A DNA stretch of 64,000 nt from Patescibacteria group bacterium (GCA_048621635.1 JBMCWH010000001.1:4324-68323), one strand, 5' to 3'; positions 1 to 10,633 are shown, numbered from the stretch's first letter. Notes: generated by a model not told the origin, from the letters alone. Made by a program: numbers and translations.

Positions 1-92
1 CTTTAGAATGATACTGATATATAATAAAAAGTAATAATAGAAATAATTAGTAGTTAGAAACGGGAAGTATCTCGGATAGCGGATTTTTAATA

Positions 93-557
93 TCACCAGC
101 GGAAGTGAGCGAAAGCACGGTTAGCTTCTGCCATACGATGCATTCTCTCTCGTTTTTCAACAGCATTACCTTCTTCTCGCACGGCGGATTGGAGCTCACG
201 CTGCAACTGCTTTTTCATAGGTACACCTTCTACATTACGTGCACTCTCCACAATCCAACGCAGTGCCAAAGCCTCGGCCCGGGCAGGACTTACAGGAATG
301 GGAACTTGGTAAGTTGCTCCCCCTACTCGCCGAGAGCGCACCTCTTCATTGGGAGCAACATTATTTACTGCTTGCCTTAAAAGCTCCTCTGCCTCTTCTC
401 TATCAGAAGAAAGAGCATCCAAAGCACCATAAACAATCTTGCGGGCCTTGCTTTTTTTCCCTTTGACCATCACCATATTTACAAGCTGAGTAACAAGCTC
501 GGAATTATACAAAATATCCTCTTCTCTTTCCCTTTTTTCTGCCCTACCAGACCTCAT
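93..557 (-). CDS. rpsG: 30S ribosomal protein S7
   Basis: Full-length S7-like protein with the typical C-terminal ...AHFRW; sits directly downstream of rpsL as in the str operon. Confidence 0.9.
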   Translation of the reverse strand: MRSGRAEKREREEDILYNSELVTQLVNMVMVKGKKSKARKIVYGALDALSSDREEAEELLRQAVNNVAPNEEVRSRRVGGATYQVPIPVSPARAEALALRWIVESARNVEGVPMKKQLQRELQSAVREEGNAVEKRERMHRMAEANRAFAHFRW

Positions 558-1018
558 TCTTCCTCACCTCCCGCTGCTTCACCACTGAGAGACATCGCTC
601 CTCCAACTTCACCGCTTTCCTTAGTACCATACTTAGATCGAGAAGTAGTTCGTCCTTCTACACCAGCAACATCATAATGACCACGCACAATAGTATACTT
701 AATACCAGGCAAGTCCTGTGCTTTCCCACCACGAACCAAAACCACCGCATGTTCAACCACGTTGTGCCCTTCTCCAGGAATAATAGCAGTAACCTCCTGC
801 CCGTTGGAAAGACGAACGCGCGCTACCTTACGCAATGCAGAGTTAGGCTTCTTCGGAGCCATTGTCCGTACAGCCAGAACTACACCTCGTTTAAAAGGTG
901 CAGGGGATTTTTTTCGTTGCCGGTTCAAAGAAGAATAATACTCTTTCAATGCCGGAACTTTTTCTTTCTTTTTTGGTTGTTCACGGCCCTTGCGGACCAA
1001 TTGCTGAATAGTTGGCAT
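554..1018 (-). CDS. rpsL: 30S ribosomal protein S12 with unusual Gly/Glu-rich C-terminal extension
   Basis: [12 protein letters not shown]...[16 protein letters not shown]...[12 protein letters not shown]...RSKYGTK is canonical S12. The usual KPKA end is replaced by about 25 extra residues ([21 protein letters not shown]). The stop overlaps the rpsG start by 4 nt. Confidence 0.88.
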   Translation of the reverse strand: MPTIQQLVRKGREQPKKKEKVPALKEYYSSLNRQRKKSPAPFKRGVVLAVRTMAPKKPNSALRKVARVRLSNGQEVTAIIPGEGHNVVEHAVVLVRGGKAQDLPGIKYTIVRGHYDVAGVEGRTTSRSKYGTKESGEVGGAMSLSGEAAGGEEE

Positions 1019-1194
1019 AATTTTCTATCTCCACTAATATTATAACACAAACCGCCGACAGTTTTCTTTCACCTTTCGGTTAAAAACACTGAAGGGTTAC
1101 TCTCAAATTTAGGAAGTTAGGAAGGATGACTCGCCCTTCTTACGCACCACTACTTAACTTACTAAGAGTTCCAAACAGTGTCTTCTTTTCGTAT

Positions 1195-1262
1195 TGCACC
1201 TGCCCGAAACATAGATGGAAAGTCTTTTCTCTTGTGGCCCCTTTTCCATTGAAGACTTTCCA
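1195..1262 (-). promoter_or_regulatory. Long inverted repeat (ggaaagtctt ... aagactttcc) in the rpoC-rpsL spacer; possible attenuator or processing hairpin
   Basis: 10-bp arms with a loop of about 27 nt between the rpoC stop and the rpsL start; no clear U-run. Confidence 0.3.
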
Positions 1263-1362
1263 TCTCTGAGTAAGCGCATAATCTCTACCTTGTGTTCCTA
1301 AAGCTAAACCGGTACGCGAACGCTTTCAGCAGGTGTAATACGAAAAGAAGGGTTACTCATAC

Positions 1363-4300
1363 TTATTCTTCCTGGTGGTCTTCCGGATAGACAGGAATCT
1401 TCCTCCCCACAATAACGTTCTCTTTCAAACCTCGCAGCGGGTCGCAAGCAGATTCCGCAGCGGAGCCAGCCAAAACATGAGTAGTAGCTTGGAAAGAAGC
1501 TCCAGAAAGCCAAGATTCTGAATTAAGGGCTACCCGAGTAACTCCTAAAACCAGCTGCTCTGCCTCTGCTTTATCATCTACTTCCGCATTTTCTATCTCA
1601 AACCGATCTTTGTCCACTATTTCTCCCGGCAAAAGATTGGTATCACCGGAGGAAGTAACCCGAACCTTGGAAAACATCTGACGTAAAATAATTTCAATAT
1701 GTTTATCATTCAACACAACTCCCTGAGAGGAATACACCTTCTTAATCTCCGAAAGGAGGTAGCGTTGCGCTTCTTTAACACCTAATACGTCAAGGATTTC
1801 TTCCGGATCAAGATAACCAGAAGATAGGGAAACTCCCTCACCAACCAGCTGGCCATCCTCAACCAAAACATTCATGGTCGGAGGAACAACATGCTGTTCT
1901 TGCTTCCCTTCCTCGTCCTCAATAGTAATCAGCGTCTCCTCATCTTTTTCTTCGATAGAAACCCGCCCACTAATAGTGGACATGTTCGCCAACACTTTTG
2001 GCTCCCGCGCTTCCACAAGCTGCTCCACACGCGGCAAACCCTGGGTAATTTCCATAGCCCCAACTATTCCTCGACCAGCTTGCTTACCATGCAAAGTAAG
2101 TTGCGTTCCTGGCTCACCAATCGACTCTGCAGCAATAATTCCTACCGGAGCACCCACCTTTACCAACTCATTCCAACCCAAGTCCATACCATAACACTTC
2201 TGGCAAACTCCCCAGGAAGAGTTGCAAGTCAAAGGTGAACGGATCCAAACAGATTCCACATCTGCAGCTTCAATTTCTTCTGCTCTATCTTTATCAATAA
2301 CATCATTCCGACGAGCAACAAGATTTCCTTCTGGATCATAGACAGTTTTGGCCACCACGCGACCACGAATCCGTTCGGCAAGAGACCTAAATTGCTCACC
2401 TTCATTAGCCCTTACCTCCCAACCTTCTTCTGAACCACAATCCTCTTCCCGAACCAAAACCTCCTGCGCAACATCTACTAACCGCCGGGTAAGATAGCCT
2501 GCATCTGCAGTTCGCAAAGCAGTATCTACTAAACCCTTTCGCGAACCACGGGTACCCGCGTAATATTCAAATTCGTTCAAACCTTCAAAATAGTTGGATT
2601 TAGTAGGGAGCTCCACAATAGTTCCGGTCGGATCAACTACCAGCCCCTTCATCCCCATCATTTGCTTAACTTGGTTTTTTGACCCTCGTGTCTTAGAATC
2701 CACAAGCATACGCACAGGATTTTCCTCATCCAAACTGTCCCAAGCAAGGTTTTCCAGCTGATTAGTAGCATCTAACCAAATTTCTTGTGCGAGGCGTCTC
2801 TTCTCCTCTAACGTAATTAAACCGCGAGTTAAGTTCCTTTCTATCTCAGCATCTTTTTCTATTGCTTCCCTCACAATTTTCTCCTTACCAGCTACAGATT
2901 GAGTGTCAAAAATACCCATGGAAAGAGCAGAACGGGTTGCATACTTAAAGCCCAAATCTTTAAGATCATCAACTAATTCAACTGTCCGTTCGCGCCCTTC
3001 TATATCTAAACAGGTTGCTACTAAGTCCACTAGTTTATCCCCGTCTACAAGCTCATTAACAAAAGTCAAGGAGTCGGGTAAAATATCGTTGAAAACTACC
3101 CGTCCCCAACTAGTTTCTAATATTTCCCCTTCCACATCTACCTCAATGGGAGAGCGTAATCCAATAGCACCTTGTTCAAAAGCTAGGCGCGCCTCTTCCT
3201 GGATAAAGGGTTTTTCTACCTTCTCTTCACTTTCCTCTATTTTAGTTAGCCAATACGCTCCCAAAACCATCTCCTTTTCCGGCTTAACAATTGGTACACC
3301 AGACGCAGGCTTAAGAAGATTGTTAGTAGAAAGCATAATTTCTTTAGCTTCTTGGATCGCTTCCTTGGTCAAAGGAAGGTGAACAGCCATCTGGTCACCA
3401 TCAAAGTCAGCATTGAAACCAGTACAAACACAAGGATGCAATTTGATTGCGTGCCCTTCCACCAACCGAGGATAAAAAGCAACAATACCTAACCGATGCA
3501 ACGTAGGTGCGCGATTCAAAAGAACAGGATGGTCCTGTACAACACGCTCCAAAATGTCCCAAACCTCTGCAGAACGCCCATCCAAAAACTCCTTAGCCAT
3601 ACGGGAGTTAGGAGCTAAGCCTTCTTGCAAAATTTCCCGCAGGACCATAGGCTTGAACAATTCCAAGGCCATTTCCTTAGGAATACCACACTCATCAACT
3701 GCTAACTCAGGACCAGGAACAATAACCGAACGTCCAGAATAATCCACGCGTTTACCCAATAAATTCCTTCGGAACCGCCCTTGCTTACCTTTAATTAAAT
3801 CAGACAAAGAGCGCAACTCTTTACCCCCACGTCGATTGCTTGTCCTCCTTCCACTAATAAGACCATCCACTGCTTCCTGAAGCATTCTTTTTTCATTGCG
3901 GAGAATAATATCCGGCGCACCAAGTTCCAAAAGGTTCTTTAAACGGTTATTGCGATTAATAATTACCCGATAAAGATCATTAAGATCAGAAGTAGCAAAT
4001 CTTCCCCCTTCTAGCTGAACCATCGGTCGCAATTCTGGCGGAATAACAGGAAGGACATCCAAAACCATCCAGGAAGGGTTCACATCAGAATTTCTAAGTT
4101 GCTCCGTTACCTTAAGGCGGGATACGTATTTCTTTTTCTTAGCTTTGGAGCCCGTTTCTTCTATTTGTTCCCGCAGCCGCTTAGTCAAACTATCCAAATC
4201 CAACTCTTCCAAGGCCTTTTGTACAGTTTCTCCTCCCATTCCCACATCGGCAAACTGATCCAGATAAGAACTAAGTTGGTTATATTCAGATTCACCGATT

Positions 4301-5019
4301 GTTCCCAAATAATGCACTTCGGAAAGGTGTTCTCTCAATACCTCGTATTTCCGATCAATATTACCTTGAGTAACCACTACTTCGTCCCGCATACTCGCTG
4401 CTTCCTTGCGGGCTGCAAGCATAGTTCCTTCCGCTTTATCTTCATCACCCTCCTGACGATATTCTTCTGCCTCTTTCTCCGCCTCGGCTAACAATTCTTC
4501 TATTTCCTCCTCTGTTTCATCCACCAAATTTTGTTTTTCTTCCGTACAGTCAGAATCCAAATTGTCCAAAATCTCTTCTTGCTTATCAGTATCACAATCC
4601 AAAACTAAGTAACGAGAGTAATAAACTACACCTTCAAGGTCGCTAGGACTTATACCCATAAGGCGTGCCATCTTAGATGGAATAGTCCCGAAAAACCAGA
4701 TATGAGCACAAGGGGAAGCAAGTTCAATATGACCCATTCGTTCCCGTCGCACACTCCGTCGCGTAACCTCAACACCACACTTATCACAAATAACACCTTT
4801 GAAGCGGACTTTACTGTACTTACCACAGTAACACTGATAATCTTTAGTCGGACCAAAGATTTTTTCACAAAACAACCCATCTTTCTCCGCTCTGTAAGTG
4901 CGGTAATTAATAGTTTCTGGTTCCAAAACCTCCCCATGCGACCAAGCACGAATAGTTTTGGGACTGGCAAGCCTAATTGTTAGACCTTGAAAATCGTCAT
5001 ATTCTGAAAAACTAGCCAT
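1363..5019 (-). CDS. rpoC: DNA-directed RNA polymerase subunit beta'
   Basis: 1218 aa; NADFDGDQMAVHLP catalytic motif; Zn-binding Cys clusters; overlaps the rpoB stop by 8 nt. Confidence 0.96.
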   Translation of the reverse strand: MASFSEYDDFQGLTIRLASPKTIRAWSHGEVLEPETINYRTYRAEKDGLFCEKIFGPTKDYQCYCGKYSKVRFKGVICDKCGVEVTRRSVRRERMGHIELASPCAHIWFFGTIPSKMARLMGISPSDLEGVVYYSRYLVLDCDTDKQEEILDNLDSDCTEEKQNLVDETEEEIEELLAEAEKEAEEYRQEGDEDKAEGTMLAARKEAASMRDEVVVTQGNIDRKYEVLREHLSEVHYLGTIGESEYNQLSSYLDQFADVGMGGETVQKALEELDLDSLTKRLREQIEETGSKAKKKKYVSRLKVTEQLRNSDVNPSWMVLDVLPVIPPELRPMVQLEGGRFATSDLNDLYRVIINRNNRLKNLLELGAPDIILRNEKRMLQEAVDGLISGRRTSNRRGGKELRSLSDLIKGKQGRFRRNLLGKRVDYSGRSVIVPGPELAVDECGIPKEMALELFKPMVLREILQEGLAPNSRMAKEFLDGRSAEVWDILERVVQDHPVLLNRAPTLHRLGIVAFYPRLVEGHAIKLHPCVCTGFNADFDGDQMAVHLPLTKEAIQEAKEIMLSTNNLLKPASGVPIVKPEKEMVLGAYWLTKIEESEEKVEKPFIQEEARLAFEQGAIGLRSPIEVDVEGEILETSWGRVVFNDILPDSLTFVNELVDGDKLVDLVATCLDIEGRERTVELVDDLKDLGFKYATRSALSMGIFDTQSVAGKEKIVREAIEKDAEIERNLTRGLITLEEKRRLAQEIWLDATNQLENLAWDSLDEENPVRMLVDSKTRGSKNQVKQMMGMKGLVVDPTGTIVELPTKSNYFEGLNEFEYYAGTRGSRKGLVDTALRTADAGYLTRRLVDVAQEVLVREEDCGSEEGWEVRANEGEQFRSLAERIRGRVVAKTVYDPEGNLVARRNDVIDKDRAEEIEAADVESVWIRSPLTCNSSWGVCQKCYGMDLGWNELVKVGAPVGIIAAESIGEPGTQLTLHGKQAGRGIVGAMEITQGLPRVEQLVEAREPKVLANMSTISGRVSIEEKDEETLITIEDEEGKQEQHVVPPTMNVLVEDGQLVGEGVSLSSGYLDPEEILDVLGVKEAQRYLLSEIKKVYSSQGVVLNDKHIEIILRQMFSKVRVTSSGDTNLLPGEIVDKDRFEIENAEVDDKAEAEQLVLGVTRVALNSESWLSGASFQATTHVLAGSAAESACDPLRGLKENVIVGRKIPVYPEDHQEE

Positions 5020-8000
5020 TAGAACAACCCTCCTTTTCTGGTTTAATTTCTAAACCAAGACCATTTAATTCTCGTACTAGCAATTTAAAAGACTCAGGCA
5101 TAGTGGCACCTTCAATCTCTGTACCTTGAATCAGTGCCCGGTAGGCGCGACTCCTTCCGCGAATATCGTCGGATTTAATAGTTAACATTTCGTGCAAGTT
5201 CTCGGCAGCAGAATAAGCTTCTAACGCCCAAACCTCCATCTCACCAAAACGCTGACCACCGAACTGACTCTTTCCACCTAAAGGTTGCTGGGTAATCAAA
5301 GCATAAGGACCAGTAGAACGAGCATGAGCTTTTTCCTCTACCATATGCTCCAGCTTCAAAATATAAGATACTCCAACAGATACGGGCTGGGAATAAGGTT
5401 CCCCAGATCGCCCATCATACAAAGTTACTTTCCCACTAACGGGAAACCCTGCTTCCTCCAGCTCGTCACGTAAAGCTTCCTTGCTAACCTTAGAAAAGGC
5501 AGGAACAGCATACTTTTTATCTAAGGCCCATCCCGCAATACCTAAAGGGGTTTCCAAAAGCTGCCCAATATTCATTCGCGAGATAACAGACGCAGGATTG
5601 ATAATAATGTCCACGGGGGTACCATCTTCCAAAAAGGGCATATCTTCTTTAGGTAAAATATCTCCAATTACTCCTTTATTCCCATGCCTCCCTGCCAATT
5701 TATCACCAACCATAATTTTTCTTCGCTGGGCAACTTTGACATGAATTTCTTCCAAAACACCAGGCTCAAGATCAGAATCTTCATCAGTCAGCACTTTAAC
5801 ATCAATTACTGTCCCATGATCTCCGTGAGGAACTTTAAGCGAGTTGTCCCGCACATCCCGTGCCTTCTCACCAAAAATTGCCCGCAGCAATCTTTCTTCT
5901 GCAGAAAGTTCACTCTCTCCCTTAGGGGCAATTTTCCCAACCAAAATATCGCCGGATGTGACCTCGGAACCCACAGTCACCACTCCACCCTCACCCAAAT
6001 TGCGTAAGGCTTCCTCCGAAACATTAGGAATATCACGGGTAACCTCTTCCGGACCAAGCTTTGTCTCCAAAACAGATACAGAGTAATCTTCAATATGGAT
6101 GGAAGTAAGAATATCTTCTTCTACTACCCGCTCCGAGACTACAAAAGCATCCTCGTAATTCAAGCCTTCCCAAGGCATATAAGCCATAACCAAATTAGCA
6201 CCTAAAGCTAATTCACCATCTTCTGTTGAAGGACCATCAGCAAGAAGATCTCCTCTTTCTACCTCATCACCCACATCAACCCGGGCAACTTGGTTTAAGC
6301 AAGTCCCGTTGTTGGAACGAGAAAATTTAGAAAGAGTATAAACTTTTTCTGCACCATCTTCACTTTCCACACGAACACGGCGAGAATCAACGTAAGTAAC
6401 CGCACCGGCCTCTTCCGCCAAAGTAACAACACCTGAATTTTTTGCCAACGCTTTCTCTACACCTGTACCAACAATAGGTGCATCTGGAGAGATCAAGGGC
6501 ACTGCTTGACGAGCCATGTTGGCCGCCATCAAAACACGGTTAGGATCGTCGTTAGCCAAAAAAGGAATAGTAGAAGCAGGTGCACCCAACATTTGCTGAG
6601 AATCCACCTCTATATAATCAACTAATTCGCGCGAACCAGTGAAAAAATTCCCTTCGTGCCGCAAAGGTATTCTCTCTTCCTCAATGTAACCGTCTTCATC
6701 AACAGAAACAGAAGCATTAGTAATAAAATGATCTTCCTCTTCCCAAGCAGGAAGATACTCAACTTGGTCAGAAACTCGCATTTCCCCATCATCTTCTACT
6801 ACCTTCCGATAGGGAGTTTCCAAAAAGCCAAATTCATTTAGACGAGAATACAAAGCTAGATGCGTAGTTAAACCAATATTCGGCCCCTCCGGAGTTTCAA
6901 TAGGGCAAATCCTACCATAGTGAGTATAGTGAGCATCACGAACAGAAAAGGAGGCTCGCTGCTCAGTCAAACCTCCAGGACCCTTAACTGTTAGCCGGCG
7001 AAGGTGAGAAAGAAAAGAAAGTGGATTGTTTTGATCATGGTAATGAGAAAGCTGACTAGATGCAAAGAAACTTAAAATCCTAGCTGCTACGGGACGAGAA
7101 GAAATCAACTCATTAGGATCGGGGAGACTACCCCGAGATTGTACACTCATTCGACCGCGAATATTTCTAGACATCTGCAAAAAACCAACTCGCACATAAT
7201 GCTGCGCAGTCTCACCAACTGCCCGCACTCTCCTGTTAGCCAAATGGTCAATATCAGTATATTCACCCTCACCACTGTTTAGCCTGATAATCTCACGAAC
7301 AACTTCTATTAAATCTTCCTGCTGTAAAATCCGCTCATCTTCCAAGGAAAAGTCAAGCCCCAAAACTTGGTTTATTTTAAATCTACCAACTTGTCCGAGA
7401 TCAAAACGGCGAGAGTCAAAAAATGTTTCTTCAATTACTTCTTTAGCATTAGAAAGAACCACACGGTCTCCAGGACGCAAGCGCTTAAAAACCTCAAGGG
7501 TCGCACTATCTACATCAGTGCTTTCATCGTCTTCTAAAGTATTAAAAACAAACTGCCGCTCCGCCTGTTCACTAACTTCGGAAAAGGCATCTAAAATTTG
7601 CTGATCAGTTTCTAATCCAAAAAGACGAAGAAGGAGGGTTACCGGCATTTTGCGGCTCCGGTTTACGGAAACACGCAAGGTGTCAGAACGACTGGTAGAA
7701 AACTCTAGCCAAGCACCATTTTTAGGAATAATCTTTCCTGTAGTTAGGCGGTTTCCTGTCCGTTGATCTATCTCACCAGAAAAATAAACACCTTCAGAGC
7801 GAATTAGCTGACCAACAACTACCCTTTCCACCCCATTAACAATAAAGGTTCCCCGAGGAGTTATTTCTGGAAAATCACCCATAAAAATCTCGGTTTCTCT
7901 CTTTTCCTCGCTTTCATCTTCTTCTAACGTAACTGTTAAATACCAGGGAACAGAGTAAGTAAGCCCTAACTGAAGCGCTTCTGCGGGAGTAACTTCAGGA

Positions 8001-8185
8001 GATTCAAAACGAGGAGCAGAAAAATAAAGATTCCACCCCCGACCTGTCTGGTCTTCAATAGGATTAATTTCCTCCAAAACTTCTTCTATCCCCATATTCC
8101 GCAACCAAGTAAACGACTCCTTCTGAAAAGAGGTAAGGTCGGGCATAGGGAAAGTATCTTTTTTTTCTTCAAAATAATGCCGCAT
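5012..8185 (-). CDS. rpoB: DNA-directed RNA polymerase subunit beta
   Basis: 1057 aa with conserved beta-subunit blocks (GDKLAGRHGNKGV, rifampicin-cluster region); immediately upstream of rpoC. Confidence 0.96.
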   Translation of the reverse strand: MRHYFEEKKDTFPMPDLTSFQKESFTWLRNMGIEEVLEEINPIEDQTGRGWNLYFSAPRFESPEVTPAEALQLGLTYSVPWYLTVTLEEDESEEKRETEIFMGDFPEITPRGTFIVNGVERVVVGQLIRSEGVYFSGEIDQRTGNRLTTGKIIPKNGAWLEFSTSRSDTLRVSVNRSRKMPVTLLLRLFGLETDQQILDAFSEVSEQAERQFVFNTLEDDESTDVDSATLEVFKRLRPGDRVVLSNAKEVIEETFFDSRRFDLGQVGRFKINQVLGLDFSLEDERILQQEDLIEVVREIIRLNSGEGEYTDIDHLANRRVRAVGETAQHYVRVGFLQMSRNIRGRMSVQSRGSLPDPNELISSRPVAARILSFFASSQLSHYHDQNNPLSFLSHLRRLTVKGPGGLTEQRASFSVRDAHYTHYGRICPIETPEGPNIGLTTHLALYSRLNEFGFLETPYRKVVEDDGEMRVSDQVEYLPAWEEEDHFITNASVSVDEDGYIEEERIPLRHEGNFFTGSRELVDYIEVDSQQMLGAPASTIPFLANDDPNRVLMAANMARQAVPLISPDAPIVGTGVEKALAKNSGVVTLAEEAGAVTYVDSRRVRVESEDGAEKVYTLSKFSRSNNGTCLNQVARVDVGDEVERGDLLADGPSTEDGELALGANLVMAYMPWEGLNYEDAFVVSERVVEEDILTSIHIEDYSVSVLETKLGPEEVTRDIPNVSEEALRNLGEGGVVTVGSEVTSGDILVGKIAPKGESELSAEERLLRAIFGEKARDVRDNSLKVPHGDHGTVIDVKVLTDEDSDLEPGVLEEIHVKVAQRRKIMVGDKLAGRHGNKGVIGDILPKEDMPFLEDGTPVDIIINPASVISRMNIGQLLETPLGIAGWALDKKYAVPAFSKVSKEALRDELEEAGFPVSGKVTLYDGRSGEPYSQPVSVGVSYILKLEHMVEEKAHARSTGPYALITQQPLGGKSQFGGQRFGEMEVWALEAYSAAENLHEMLTIKSDDIRGRSRAYRALIQGTEIEGATMPESFKLLVRELNGLGLEIKPEKEGCSNG

Positions 8186-8223
8186 CTATAACTAATCGAG
8201 ATGAAAACGAAAAATAAATCAAA

Positions 8224-8251
8224 CAGAAAAAATTACCAGGAACTTTCCTGG
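8224..8251 (-). terminator. Rho-independent terminator after mltG
   Basis: Perfect palindrome ccaggaactttcctgg followed by a T-run on the minus strand (plus-strand agaaaaaatta). Confidence 0.6.
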
Positions 8252-8378
8252 CAATGAAAAACCAATCCAAATGATAATGTGGTTCCCATCCAAAACTAAC
8301 CACAAGTGTTTAGAGGATAAAAATAAGCAGGGCAAACAATTCCCCACTTAGCGGACCTCGTTAACCTATGGTGCGCAC

Positions 8379-9356
8379 CTAGCGTCGTCTAACGTATTTT
8401 AATACATTAACATTATGTTCGTCAAGTGTCTTAGAAAAATATACCTTCCCCTCACTATCAGAAACGTAATACCAATAAGGCGTCTCTTCGTTATAAACAA
8501 CAGCTTCCAACGCATCTAATCCAGGATTACAAATCGGTCCTGGTGGTAACCCCTTATACTTCCTTGTATTGTACGGAGAATCAATTTCCAAATCACTACT
8601 TGTTAATTGCTCTGGCCACCAACCCTGTTCACTAGTTCCCGATCCCACAACATACTGAACAGTGGCATCCACTTCCAAAGGCCAATCATTTTCCCAGCGT
8701 TTAACTAAGATCCCTGCTACTTTAGGCCGGTCCTCAGACTCGCGTGCTTCACGCTCTACCAAAGAAGCTAAAATAACAACTTCTTCCACCCTCAAACCCC
8801 GTTCGCGCGTAGTATCTTCCAAATCGGTGGTAAATTTTTCCTCAAAAGTTTCGCACATTAATTGAACAAGCTCTTCCGCCGTAACATCATGAGAAACCCG
8901 GTAAGTTTCTGGAAAAAGATAACCCTCCTTATCTTGAGAGGCTGCCAAAAAGTCGTCCTCCAAACCAGGCTCTCCTAACTTCTCTTGAAAATATTCAGCC
9001 ATTTCCTCCCTACGCCAGCCCTCCAAAAATGTTAACCGGTGGTCAAAAGTTCCGTGTTGTAATAGCTCAACTGTCTCCACAACAGTAAGTTGAGGGGGAA
9101 CCACGTACTTGCCCGCCTGTAAAGTAGAAGCAAGGTCGTTCAGATATATATACAGCTGAAAAAGAGGTTTAGAGTTAATTAGATTTTCTTGGTAAAGAAG
9201 ATCGGCTACCTGAGCCACCCCCAAACCGGAAGGAATAGTAATCACCTGTTCCTCCGTTGTAGGAGAAGGGTGGTGCAAAGCAGTGCGGTAATAGGAACGG
9301 AGGCTAAAAAAAGCTAGCAAACACAGTAAAATTGGAACTAAAAATTTTTTCTTCAT
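8379..9356 (-). CDS. mltG: Endolytic murein transglycosylase MltG/YceG family
   Basis: N-terminal TM helix, YceG-like domain, conserved ...PPGPICNPG... block. Confidence 0.8.
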   Translation of the reverse strand: MKKKFLVPILLCLLAFFSLRSYYRTALHHPSPTTEEQVITIPSGLGVAQVADLLYQENLINSKPLFQLYIYLNDLASTLQAGKYVVPPQLTVVETVELLQHGTFDHRLTFLEGWRREEMAEYFQEKLGEPGLEDDFLAASQDKEGYLFPETYRVSHDVTAEELVQLMCETFEEKFTTDLEDTTRERGLRVEEVVILASLVEREARESEDRPKVAGILVKRWENDWPLEVDATVQYVVGSGTSEQGWWPEQLTSSDLEIDSPYNTRKYKGLPPGPICNPGLDALEAVVYNEETPYWYYVSDSEGKVYFSKTLDEHNVNVLKYVRRR

Positions 9357-9459
9357 CTACACAACCCTCCCCAATATCCTATCATTTAACAGAAAAACAT
9401 ACAAAGAGAAAGAAAATAGAGTAGTGAAAAGTGTGTACCTTGATTCTCTATACTGGTGT

Positions 9460-9789
9460 TCAGTCAACTTTAGTGACTTCTTTTTTCCGTAAAATAAACT
9501 TGTAAAAAAGAAAAACAATAAAAGCAATAATTAAAAAATCAATCAAAGCACTGAGAAAACTACCAATTGCGATTTTCACACCTAACAAATTAAGCTTCAA
9601 AGTACGCCAAGCTCCACTAGGAATAAAGGCCGCTACAATTGGCATAATGATATCCTCGGCTAAAGACTTAGTCAATTTGTTAACTGCTCCGCCAATAACA
9701 ACCGCCATTCCTAAACCAACTACCTGATATTCTTCCAAAAAGTTCAAAAATTGTTCCAATAAGTGATCTTTTTCCTCTTTCATCAGCAA
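9460..9789 (-). CDS. mscL: Large-conductance mechanosensitive channel
   Basis: 109 aa, two TM helices, conserved VVGLGMAVVIGGAV...DIIMPIV motif of MscL. Confidence 0.8.
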   Translation of the reverse strand: MLMKEEKDHLLEQFLNFLEEYQVVGLGMAVVIGGAVNKLTKSLAEDIIMPIVAAFIPSGAWRTLKLNLLGVKIAIGSFLSALIDFLIIAFIVFLFYKFILRKKEVTKVD

Positions 9790-9819
9790 CTCAACATTAC
9801 CACAAATAAGACAGAGACA

Positions 9820-10224
9820 TTAGCCTTTGTTTCTAGAATCCAAATAATCTTGCAAAATTATAGCCGCGGATGCCGCATCCAGCTCCCGCCTTGCTTTTCT
9901 CCCTTTCTTTGCTGCAATCATTTTCTGTAAAGCTTGCTGGGAAGAAAGAGTTTCATTCCAATAAACTACCTCCGCTTCAATTGAATTTTCTAGTTGCTCG
10001 CCAAATTCGCATACTTTCCTACTTTGCTCAGTATCCTTCCCTTTCTCTCCCCAAGGAACACCGAGAACAATTTTATCCACCCCCAACCGATTGCAAATAT
10101 CCTTTACCTCATCAACTACAGGCATAGTGGCAACTTCAATAACTTTGAGCGGACCAGCTATATTACCCCGGGAATAAGCAACCCCAATTCGCTTCTCCCC
10201 CCAATCAATACCTAAAGTAACCAT
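9820..10224 (-). CDS. ruvX: Putative pre-16S rRNA nuclease / Holliday junction resolvase-like YqgF
   Basis: 134 aa; LGIDWGEKRIGVA N-terminus and RNase H-like fold motifs of YqgF/RuvX. Confidence 0.85.
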   Translation of the reverse strand: MVTLGIDWGEKRIGVAYSRGNIAGPLKVIEVATMPVVDEVKDICNRLGVDKIVLGVPWGEKGKDTEQSRKVCEFGEQLENSIEAEVVYWNETLSSQQALQKMIAAKKGRKARRELDAASAAIILQDYLDSRNKG

Positions 10225-10394
10225 GTCTTAAGATTAACATATATTGACAATATGCGTTATACAGTACATGTTGTGAATTATCAAAATCCAAGCTATTAGC
10301 GCCCAGCCTTTGGCTTTCAGCCGAGAAATGAAAATTGATTAACTGATTTATGATTTTTGAATGAATCACTATTCAAGATTCATTTATTCATTAC

Positions 10395-10625
10395 CCGTTA
10401 CTAGTTTCTAATTTCTAGTTACTAGTCTCTAGTCTCTAATTTCTGTCTTTAATCTTGATACAACATACAACATACGAGATACGATATACGGTATACGAAA
10501 TACGAATTTTTTGGTGCTTAATGCTTACTACTTCCTGCTTACTACTTTCTACTAATTTTTATTTGTAACTTATTCGCTATTGCAATTCATAATAATTCAC
10601 TATAAAAATATTTGTAATAATTAGC
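10395..10625. repeat. Copy A of a mosaic dispersed intergenic repeat family (stop-codon-rich word modules)
   Basis: Modules ...ctagtctctagtctctaatttctg..., ...catacgagatacgatatacggtatacgaaatacgaa..., ggtgcttaatgcttactacttcctgcttactactttctactaat and attcgctattgcaattcataataattcac...atttgtaataattagcc recur, often inverted, at 1-90, 12655-12710, 17585-17725, 21670-21750, 23525-23560, 28355-28420, 29640-29719, 36915-37056, 37518-37600, 38390-38425, 56645-56680 and 61352-61620. Confidence 0.7.
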
Positions 10626-10633
10626 CACAAAAG

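Noticed and set aside
2903-3382. ORFs antisense to rpoC and rpoB (for example 1874-2238, 2903-3382, 3554-3742, 4099-4491, 5285-6086) and antisense ORFs within alaS, ftsK, pnp, dnaK, recJ and secD
   Set aside because: They lie entirely inside highly conserved, confidently identified genes on the opposite strand, with low-complexity or Ser/Pro-rich translations. They are artefacts of the six-frame scan.
8379-9356. Possible alternative annotation of the 325-aa protein as aminodeoxychorismate lyase
   Set aside because: The YceG-like domain with an N-terminal TM anchor is now generally understood to be the MltG endolytic transglycosylase. There is no PLP-lyase fold signature.
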